The notes below the pieces were generated by a model that saw only the letters and a program-made list of their open reading frames with translations, was not told the origin of the DNA and did no database searches. Position numbers and translations under genes: made by a program. A DNA stretch of 64,000 nucleotides from Okamejei kenojei (lineage: Eukaryota), in contig CM069156.1 in assembly GCA_035221665.1 (NCBI GenBank), positions 17,360,001 to 17,424,000 on the forward strand, given 5' to 3'. Positions 55,208 through 64,000 of this stretch are shown piece after piece. The number at the start of each line of letters is the position of its first letter. The stretch's first letter is position 1.

Positions 55208-55284
55208 CTTGGTCCAGGAGTTGTTCTCCAAGTCCAGCCCATCTGGGCCAACCCCAGGATAAAAAGGAGGGTCAATAGCCCCAT
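55208..55284 (-). pseudogene. env: Putative env start / signal peptide
   Basis: MGLLTLLFILGLAQMGWTWRTTPGP: hydrophobic signal-like peptide overlapping the pol end in another frame, the usual env start position. Confidence 0.65.
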
Positions 55285-56280
55285 TGTCCTTTCTTGGTTC
55301 TCTGATCCATTTACAGTCCATCAGATATATCCAACAGGGGTGATCCTCAGTCTTCACGGCGGTTGGTGCAGAGATGCCAACCCTAAATTTAGTTCACAGT
55401 AACATTCAACCCATTTGTCCGTAACAAATGGGGGTAAATGCATTTCTCTCAGTAACATACTACTCACTTGGGGTTGTTACCGGCGGCTATGCGCCTGCGC
55501 ACTGGTGCAGATCAGCGGGCTGCCGGCGGGCGGGTGCGGCACGCGCACTTGGCAAGGTTGCCGGCGGGACTGCGCCTGCGCACTGGGTGGGAGTGGGGGG
55601 GAGGCCCGGTGATGGGGCTGCCGCGAGCGGCCGGCTGGCGGCAAGAAACGTCGCCGTGTCGCTGATCGCGCGGGCCGGCACCGCCCGGGCTCTGGGCCGG
55701 GCGTGGCTGCGAGCTGCCGGGCTGGCAAACCGGGGGCACATGGCGCCGGCGTTCACCACGGGAGGAACACCAGCACGGCGGTGTTCCGTAACAACATGTT
55801 TGGCTGCCGGAACACCGTAATATGGTTATTTCGCCGGGACAAAATACGGCGAATCCGGGACACTTGGCACCTCTGTTGGTGGCATAGTAACAGAAAGATG
55901 CAGTTCCCTCCAACACAGTCCCAATTTCGTCCGATCCCAGTACCTTATCAGTACGTAGTCTCCCGATTGTATGGATTCTATGTTATGGGCAACTGGTAGT
56001 GGTTTCGGCGTTTTCAATATCTGTGAATGTAAGACTGGCATGGTTCAAGTTAATTGCTGTGCATACGTACTTAATTCATCGCTTCACAGCTTGTCCTGTT
56101 ATCAGTTCAAAAGGTGTTAACCCTGTCTCTCTAGCTGGGGTAGTTCTGAACCGTCAGAATGGCTGGGAATACCTTAGCCCATTCCTGTCCAGTCTCGGTC
56201 AAGGCTTTACTTAAACTCTTTAGTATCCTGTTCATTCCCTCCACTAATCCAGAACTCTGCGGGTGGTGAGGGATGGAAGA
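55285..56280 (-). pseudogene. pol: Retroviral integrase core/C-terminal remnant, split by a MITE
   Basis: HHPQSSGLVEGMNRILK, TTPARETGLTPFELITG, IQSGDYVLIRYWDRTKLG; removing the MITE restores ...LCWRELHLSVTMPPTAVKTEDHPCWIYLMDCK, resembling the class-I integrase C-terminus. Confidence 0.85.
55369..55875. mobile_element. Non-autonomous DNA transposon (hAT-like MITE) inserted in integrase
   Basis: TIRs CAGAGATGCCAA / TTGGCACCTCTG; subterminal CCGGGAC motifs; TTGGTG duplicated on both flanks; excision restores the integrase frame. GC-rich interior. Confidence 0.8.
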
Positions 56281-57109
56281 TTGCTCTTTACCTACTTTTT
56301 AAAGACAGACCCTTTAAGAATAGATCATATTAAGACAATTTAAAAGTATTCCCAATTGTTCCAATCTATCTCTCCAAATTCACAATTTCATATTGACAAT
56401 CTTTTTCCTGAGATATAGGTATTTCCAATCTCATCTAACACTTTAACCAGGATTCCGCATGGTCAGTGTGGAATCCAGGTCTTGAACTCAATTCAAAAGG
56501 TAAGAAATAGGAAGAAAATAAACTTAAAGCACCAATAAAACAAAACAAACCATATTAACCAGCTGTTAAAAGTTGAGAAGACGGAGAATAAACAGTTAAT
56601 TTCCACATAGATAGCGAACGTATTTGCAAAGAACAAAGGAAAAGAAAACAACTGTGTGCGGTTCATCCCCACACAACTGCAACTTCTTAGAGACACTACC
56701 TCTTAAAACACGAGACTCTACAAAGATTTATCTCGTAAAAGAGCAACCTCATTCAATGGCATCCTATTTCATCTGATTAATTCAACATTCACCCAGAACC
56801 TGTTCCACAAACAAGTAACAATCTTTAAACTTACTCACTCCGTACCCTTTTATCCCTGTGACATTCACTCACAAATTTCCACACCTCATGCAATATGCTG
56901 AATCTCAGATATTCACACACTTTATTAAAATAATAACATTCAAGGAAATCATGCAAACTTAACACTTTGACTTACCCAAATACACTCATACTTTGTTCAT
57001 AAATACAGCACATACTGAAGAATGGTCTCGACCCAAAACATCCCTTGTATTCCACTCGACTCTCCCCCCACTGCTGCTGCTGCTCCCCCCTCTTATAAAA
57101 GCTTCTAAG

Positions 57110-58049
57110 TGTAAGCTTTCCCTTCCCTCCTTACCAGCATGCGTAAGGGGGTGTGAAGAATGTAAAAGAATGGGCAGGAAAGCATCAGGTACCCAAACTT
57201 GTCCGAGAGGGGTAAGCCAGAGGCCCGTCAAAGAATCAACGGCGCAGCCCACTCATTTCCAAAAATCGCGATGCGAGGCAGAGGCGTCCCCCTGTATTAA
57301 GTTTACATCACCCGTGTCTGGAAGTGCCGTTCTGTCTACAAGAATCTTTGGTTCTGTGGGGATCAATGTGCAGAATTCGCAAGCTGCCAAGCGAGCATTC
57401 CTTTGAGGGTTCAAGAAGGAACTGCAGATGCTAGAAAATCGACTGAAGATGGGTTTTGGCCTGAAACGTTGCCTATTTCCTTCGCTCCATAGATGCTGCC
57501 GCACCCGCAGAGTTTCTCCAGAAATTTTGTCTACATTCCCTTGAGAGACGTTTGTCGCGGCTACTCATGGGCATTGCACTTAATAATGGCCAGGAGGACT
57601 GGGAGGGCTTAGTCTGGTGCTGTAGCCAGAGCTGTTTTTAAGTTGCGAAAGTCTTCTTCTTGTTGGAATGAGAGAGTGAATTGCTACGATGCCTTGGCAA
57701 AAGCACAGGCGACAGTAGTTTAGTGTATCCACTGCCAGCAGAAATTAACCAAGCCCAGAAAAGCCCTCATCTGCTTAGGGGTGGTCGGGCTGGTGTGGAT
57801 CACAAAGGGAACCACCCGGGTCTTATGTAGCACTGAGCAATAAACCAAAGATTTTACTTGCGTCTGCCCCTGAACTACCTTTCGTTTGGGTAGAATGTAA
57901 CCCCAGCAGTGGAAGGCTTTTAGTAGCTCATCGGTGTCCTCAGCATTCTTCTAATATCTGTACTTGCAAACAGAAGGTCATCAGCACACTGTATCACCGC
58001 TGAGCCGTGGGACAGCCTCAGGGTCTGAACTTGTTTCAAGACTGTTTTA
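57110..58049 (-). pseudogene. pol: Retroviral pol remnant: RT, RNase H end, integrase HHCC start (interrupted by a short retroelement at ~57409-57534)
   Basis: SAVIQCADDLLFAS (YxDD motif), PTTPKQMRAFLGLVNFCWQWI (RT thumb), ILLHSSHPLTHAGKEG (integrase Zn-finger His pair); frameshifts and large deletions. Confidence 0.85.
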
Positions 58050-58688
58050 AACTGTGCACTGTTGGTTTCGGTTAAAGTTCTCGTCTCCTCCATATGTGCG
58101 ATACACTGTTGTAATTCACTCCCAGAAATCATGCGCTGATTCCTTGGGTAAGGCTATGCATTCAATTACTTTGTCCATATCAATAGGTCGTTTCAGGCAC
58201 TGAGTTAGCGCAGTGAGCATAGCCTCGATCCTTGCGGGGTTGTCAGGGTATAATGCCTTGAGAGCCACCCAATCAGCATCATGATTTTTCCCTTTTCAGT
58301 CTTCTTTGATTTATATCCTGGCTCTGGTGTTCTACATTGTTTAACTCTCTCACTCTGGATTCAATTACTGCTCCTCCATCCTCTTCTGCCTCAGCACTTT
58401 CCCTTTTTTATCTCATCGTCCTTTTCCGTTTCCGAGTCGCTATCAGTATCATTTTCTTCTGGGGGTGCCCTTCCCGGTAGGGGTGCCGGTGATCCTCCCT
58501 ACTGGATCTTAGTGGGGGAGCTACTGCTGCTAGGGACTGGTGGCTATTGGGGAGGTTGTCTACACTATTCCCAAATTAGTTCCTCATTCTCCTTGAATTT
58601 GTTCCTTATCCCCCTCTTTTGTAAACAGGATCGCCATCCCAGGTCCCCGGGGATATTTTGCTAAGGTTTCCGTTTTCGCATTACCAAT
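58050..58688 (-). pseudogene. gag: Retroviral gag remnant (internally deleted)
   Basis: Degenerate start (ATT)GGTAAT = (M)GNAKTET, myristoylation-like; Pro/acidic stretch; major-homology-region-like IALPKESAHDFWE*ITTVYRTYGG at ~58085-58160. Confidence 0.75.
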
Positions 58689-59387
58689 TGTTTATATTCT
58701 CTTTTTTTGATAATCTTTTTGCCTGATCAGATTTCTCCGTTTTCTCGGATCCAAATAACACATATGCTGTACCGGAGCTCCACCATTTAATACAGACCGC
58801 ACACGGACTGTTCTAGCCAATCGAAAATATTCCACAGATCTCTGACCTGCTCAAGATTTACGACAGACCACACATGGTTTGCTCTAACCAATTAACCAGG
58901 GCTTGTCCCATTCTTAGCCCTCTAATTTATGATAAACCACACATGGTCTGCTCTAGCCAATTAATAACAGGCCGTACGTAGTCTGCAATCCCTATCGACA
59001 TGGGCCATTCCCACAGACTGCACTTTCCACAGACTGCACTTAATAATATCCTGACCAATCGAAAATATCCTGACCAAACGAAAATCTCTTAATCAAACAA
59101 AAATATCCAAACAAAAATATCCAAACAAAACTATCCAAACTATCCAAACGAAATATCCAAACGAAAATGACCAAACGAACCTAACCAATCGAAAATCTCT
59201 TACCTTACGTTGCCCGTGTTAAAGGATCCCGGCAGGGAACTATATCAACCTCAGACAAAGGACTACAGTGTTCCCGGGAACTTGTTCGGGAGTTCAGATT
59301 CAAAGGATCCGATAGTGCACTTTTATTCGCTCAAGGTCCCGGTGAGACTGTAGCCTCTTACTCTGTCGTCAGAGATTCCCAAGCGAG

Positions 59388-59405
59388 ATCCTGACAACTA
59401 CGCCA
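59388..59405 (-). promoter_or_regulatory. Primer-binding site complementary to tRNA-Ser 3' end
   Basis: Minus TGGCGTAGTTGTCAGGAT matches 16/18 to the complement of vertebrate tRNA-Ser 3' end ATCCTGCCGACTACGCCA, immediately inside the 5' LTR. Confidence 0.85.
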
Positions 59406-59854
59406 AAGTTGATTTTACCTTCCACAGACAACCAGACACAAATCAAGACTTCTTTATTCACTAGCGGGAGTGGGCGGCAGCTTGAGGGATGATAGATTAC
59501 ATTCCCACATCTCTTCGTGGCCCCACTCACCGAAACAAAGGACAGACATCATAATTATACTATTATCTTATCAGTACATTCCAGTGGCCATGACCATATA
59601 TGGTAAAACTAAAAGCTCTGCAGCCTATTAGGATATGAGAAAAGCTATGCCATATTAGGCTTATCCAGTAAAGAATTATTACTGATCTCTACAGTTTCGC
59701 GCCATTCTCTGCAGTTTGGCACAGCCTGGTTCTTTTAACCTTGGGCAAAAGCATGCTTTCTACAAGCAAGTTTTCATTTTATATATTACTTGAAAACAAC
59801 AGCAGAGTCTCCATTTTGTAACCTACAGCAGTTTTGATTGCTTTCATTCTTTCA
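59406..59854 (-). repeat. 5' LTR of the ERV (~450 bp)
   Basis: Begins TGAAAGA on minus; AATAAA near 59453-59458; 59406-59627 aligns to 52667-52898; directly followed by the PBS. Confidence 0.9.
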
Positions 59855-60234
59855 GGATAGCACACAACAAAAAGGTTTTTCACTGTACCTCGGTACACAA
59901 TAAACTAAACTAAGTAACTAACTTGTCCCAAAACTACCCTCACCTCATTATTTTTCAGCTCCTCTCAAAGCACCAACCGTCTATTTCTCTCCACAACTGC
60001 TGCCTGATCTGCTGAATTCCTCCTGCAGTTTGTTTTTAGCTCCAGGTTTCAGTAATTACAGTCTAGTGCACCTTCAACAAACTCTTCCAATTGGCATCAC
60101 TTCAATATCACATTAAAAACAGGGAAAATGGTCAAATGTTTTGCAATTTAATTAAAAAAATGATTCCTACATTATTGAAAGCATTACATTTTTACAGTTG
60201 TACAGTCAGACAGGCCTAAATCCATGCTAAGCAC

Positions 60235-60520
60235 CAACTACCCATTTACACTAATCCTGTTTTAATCCTATATTTTGTTCTCCCTGCAGTCTCATTACTT
60301 TCTGCCGCATATCTACACACATGGGGCAATTTACAACAGCCAATTAATCTACTGACGCCGAGATCTTTAAGATTTGGGAGGAAACCAAAGCACCTTGTGG
60401 AAACCCACTGTCACAGAGAGAATGTGCAAAATTCCACAAAGACAGTAGAAAAGGTCAGGTTTTAATTCGGTTTTCCGTGCTATGAGGTATCAGCTCTATT
60501 TGCTCCACCACTGTGCTGCT
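60235..60520 (-). mobile_element. V-SINE (HE1-like), degenerate
   Basis: Reverse complement of the V-domain (TTTGGGAGGAAACC..GAATGTGCAAATTCCAC). Confidence 0.65.
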
Positions 60521-60944
60521 CATAAGCAAGGGATTACAGAGGACCTGTTCCCATTTTCACATTTAAGTCGAATGCAAAGATCCTACTGTTCTAAATGGAA
60601 CTGGGTTTTCCGGATTCCAGGCCAATATTGCCACTTTAGGAAAATAACTAGACTCACTCCTTAATTAAGAGATTTGTGGGATATGAAAGACAAAAACTAA
60701 CAGAACTCAAGTGTCCTCTGAAAGAATAAACGTGTTCAGTCTTCCAACTGCTCATGCCTTGGTCATAGGTCACTCGCCATGAACATTGTTGGTAGCTGAG
60801 GAGCTGGACCTTCGTTTCATCCGTATTTTCCAGCTTTGATTCTTCAAGGTAAGAAAATACTGCTTTCAAACTATGAATTAGTTGTATTTATTGTTCCTTG
60901 TACAAAGCCACGATGATTTTGTTGGTTTTATTGCTTTATGCTTC

Positions 60945-61551
60945 GGTGAGTGAGCACTTTGTGTGTATCCCTGTTGTTGGCTGGTGCTCAGCTCTCGCCG
61001 GCTGCTAGGTGGGGTGGGAGGTGCGGCTGGCAGTCCCCGGCCGGGAGCGGGTTCCTCGGGAGTTGGAGCAGGTTTGGGTTGGAGTTGGTACTTCTTCTCC
61101 GCACTGGCTGTGGACCTGGGGCTGCCGCTGCTCCGGGCCGGTGTCCCGTCGGTCCGGGGTTGCCCCGGACGTCTCCGGCCGCCCCTCGGGCGGGAATGGG
61201 ACACTCGAGGGGTGACGGGGTGGTCCAGTGGCGGTTCAGCAGCGCTTGTAGCGCCGGGGACCCGGGTTCAATCCTGGTTGCGGATGAGGCGTGGGTCTGT
61301 GGGCACGCGCTCCCGTCTCCCACTCGCATCCGCCCCCTCTCTCTCGCTGTTACACCCCGCTCTCTTGCTACCTGACACCACCCCCCCATTCATCAGATTA
61401 AATATATTTTTACACATAAATTATGAGTAAAGATAAGAATTTATACACAGTTTCATCAGCTAGCGCTTTGATCACTTTTTCTTTATGGTGAATGACCTTT
61501 GACAAGTCCGATTATTCCCTGTGTTTTTCGGAATACCGAACTCGCTTATTG
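60945..61551. mobile_element. Same repeat family, copy 2, in opposite orientation
   Basis: Reverse complement matches 10113-10715 (e.g. GTTCGGTATTCCGAAAAAC..GTCAAAGGTCATTCACC..TATAAATTCTTATCTTTA). Confidence 0.7.
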
Positions 61552-61734
61552 AAAACCTCACAAAAGTGAGATGAAACGCCGTTTCATTTCTTGTTACACA
61601 AAAAACCTGATCTTTTTATGAAGGATACTCATATGCAAACTGCCAGCAGCTTTAAAAATAGATAATGCATTAAAAGTGGAGCTCAATATTTTAATGGATT
61701 ACAACTTCACAGCTCAATATCAAACAGAGCCAAC

Positions 61735-61965
61735 ACTGCATATGGAAGAACTTGCACAGGCGTTGTATAGGTTAAAACTAGACTACCAGAACCAAACATC
61801 AGGTTCAATACCCAGTCTCTGAAGAATTGATAGATTAACAATATGGAACAGTGCCCATACTGCAATTAGAAGAACTTGCACAGGCGTTGTTTCGGTTAAA
61901 ACTAGACTGCCAAAACTGAACAACAAGTTCAATACTCTGAAGAAGTCTCTGAAGAACTGATAGAT
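61735..61965. repeat. Diverged ~123-bp tandem duplication
   Basis: GAAGAACTTGCACAGGCGTTGT..GGTTAAAACTAGACT..GTTCAATAC..GTCTCTGAAGAA occurs twice. Confidence 0.85.
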
Positions 61966-63134
61966 AGCAGAGAAAGATGGCAGTCAGAGTGATACACATG
62001 GCTTCAAATAATCTTGTGTGGGGAAGAGGAAAGGAGACGTTTAAAATGTTCAATCCAAATCACAATGCAGACTTTGACTGGGTGGGGTCCAGGTGCAAAT
62101 AGAGAAGGCCAAGGACACGATCAGGCTTGCCACGATGCCTCTCTTGCCTCCGAAGCTCCTGACATTATTTATTCGAAAGGCAATGTTAAACAGCCAAATG
62201 TTCTTTTTTTTTTAATTATGTCATATGCCTAGGGCTACACAGCAAACCATGTCAGGATCTTCAGCATAATGTTGCAAATCTAATTGCTGTCACAGACAGT
62301 GGCGCTGCCCTGGGATTACAATTCACTTGCAGATTGGAACATGACTCAGACAAGATGTCATGGAAATTTAATTTGTATTCTGTACTCTCAATTACAGGTA
62401 TTCCAACTATGCAGGAACACATCAAACGTTCAGAGATAATGAACTCCAGGTGCCAGACTAAATATTATTCACGGATACGGAAGATGCAACATCAAAAGTC
62501 GGGCAGCATACCCTTAAACACATCAGAACCTGAATAGGTTGATTCCATGAACGGGCACGGTGAAGTGCAACAAATGAGTCATTGGACTTGTAAACCAGAG
62601 GCCTGGACGTAAATTTAATTTCCACCAAGCCAGCTGTGGGATTTATATTCAATTCATACTTTTGAATTTTAAAAGTAACAGCTAGCCTCAAGAATAATGC
62701 CCACAGGATTTATTTCAAAACTCACCTGGTTCAGCAATATCCTTTAGCCACGTAAACCTTCAACCTCCACCTATACTGACCAGTATGCGAGCTTCCCATG
62801 AATGGTCTGGCAAATTTACATTAAAGCAACAAATGGGGAAAAAATGGACAAATGACCTGGTATGCTAAGCATTGTATTCAGATGTGGTGAGGTCACCCAC
62901 AGATCAGTTAGCTGTGTAAAGTCCTCCTCATAAACCACCTGATTTAATTATCACCACTAGCTCATACTTCAGAGTGAGCATGCTAAAGTCCTTTATCATA
63001 ATTTCTGGGTGCCTGGTCCAACTGCATGGAGTTTTTGTGCTCATCTTAAACCTTTCAATACTCAGGTCCAAAGTTCCCACCTGCTTTAAAAGGACATCAA
63101 TAATAAGTGCCCAAGAAGAGTAAAATGACATGAC

Positions 63135-64000
63135 TCAATGGCACAAATGTCCATGGTAAAGAAGTACTTTGAGAGGTTGGTCATGATGTATATCAACTCC
63201 TGCCTTCGTAAGGACCTGGAACTGGTAAAATTCCCCTACTGCCAGGATAGATCAACAGGGGATACAAACTTGCAAGCTCTCCACTGGATCACCAGGACAA
63301 TAAGAAACATGTACATCAGCCTGTTGTTCATCAATTACACCTCGGCATTCAGCACCATCATCTCCTCAAAACATCATCAAACTCAGAGAAATGGGTCTCT
63401 GCTTATCGCTGTGTAACTGGAACCTCAACTTCCTCACTGGGGACCACCAATAGTACGAATTGGCAACAGCACTTCCTCCTTGATAACCATCAACACAGGA
63501 GCACTTCAAACATGTGCTCAGCCTCCTGCTCTACTCTCTCTACACCTATAACCGTGTAGCCAGACACAGCTCCAACGACATATTTCAATTTGTTTAAGAA
63601 GGAACTGCAGATGCTGGAAAATCGAATTTGCCAGCCATTGTTGGACAAACAACGTGTAACGATGAGTCAGAGTACAGGAGGTAGATTGAAAATCTGATTG
63701 AATGGTGCCAGAACAGTAATCTTGCTTTCAAAGTTAGCAAGACGAAGGAGTTGCAATATTCAACCTCTCCCTGGCCAAGTCCGTGGTCCCTGCCTGCTTC
63801 AAAAGATCCATCATTGTACCTGTATCAAAAAATGCCTCCCCAGCTTGTCTGAATGACTACCGTCTGGTGGCCCTCGGTAGTCATGAAATGCTTTGAGAGG
63901 CTGGTCAAGAAACACATCTGCACCTTCCTCCCTCGCAACATGGACCCGCTACAATTCGCATACCGTCCGAACAGATCCACGGACGATGCGGTTACCCAGG
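63135..64000 (+). mobile_element. Two Rex1/Babar-type LINE RT fragments
   Basis: VKKYFERLVM..LLFINYTSAFSTI..LSLLLYSLYT; second copy from ~63755 reads [41 protein letters not shown] and runs off the window. Confidence 0.85.

Larger units (their letters stand above)
52663..59854 (-). mobile_element. Defective endogenous retrovirus (class I, gamma/epsilon-like), ~7.2 kb, with nested insertions and a transduced THBS2 cDNA
   Basis: Minus-strand termini TGAAAGA...TTTAACA; 4-bp TSD GGAT at 52659-52662 and 59855-59858; two homologous LTRs; PBS; gag MHR, RT (QCADDLL), integrase and env remnants in gag-pol-env order. The flanks rejoin into one Rex1-type 3' tail (...tgactGGATagcacacaac...). Confidence 0.93.

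Noticed and set aside
55415-55999. Cluster of Ala/Arg/Gly-rich ORFs
   Set aside because: GC-rich MITE interior with no domain similarity.
59045-59200. CRISPR-like array
   Set aside because: Degenerate tandem repeat without unique spacers, in a eukaryotic ERV leader.
60824-60855. 15-nt plus-strand microexon (TTCCAG|..CAAG|GTAAGA)
   Set aside because: Expected by chance in 64 kb; no supporting plus-strand gene.
61225-61280. tRNA gene
   Set aside because: A/B-box-like motifs are present but no cloverleaf; a SINE-head fragment.

Overview
Non-coding, repeat-rich vertebrate genomic DNA. The repeat inventory (V-SINE/HE1-like SINEs, CR1, Rex1/Babar, fish-type L1, Penelope-derived short elements) points to a cartilaginous fish, probably a skate or ray; this is inference. 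No intact host protein-coding gene is visible, only a candidate short first coding exon (MDIGKT, minus strand, 29463-29480). The main feature is a decayed class-I-like endogenous retrovirus on the minus strand (52663-59854) with a GGAT target duplication, two LTRs, a tRNA-Ser primer-binding site and gag/pol remnants. Its env ectodomain is replaced by an intronless, multi-exon thrombospondin-2 (THBS2) cDNA segment lying between the env signal peptide and the env transmembrane anchor, i.e. a fossil host-gene-transducing retrovirus. A non-autonomous Helitron nested in the same provirus carries the start of ALG13. The window also holds a head-to-tail Helitron junction, many Penelope-derived short retroelements with a minimal hammerhead-ribozyme-like core, nested insertions with clear TSDs, and a perfect 40-bp palindrome. 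All alignments were made by eye, and most repeat boundaries are approximate.
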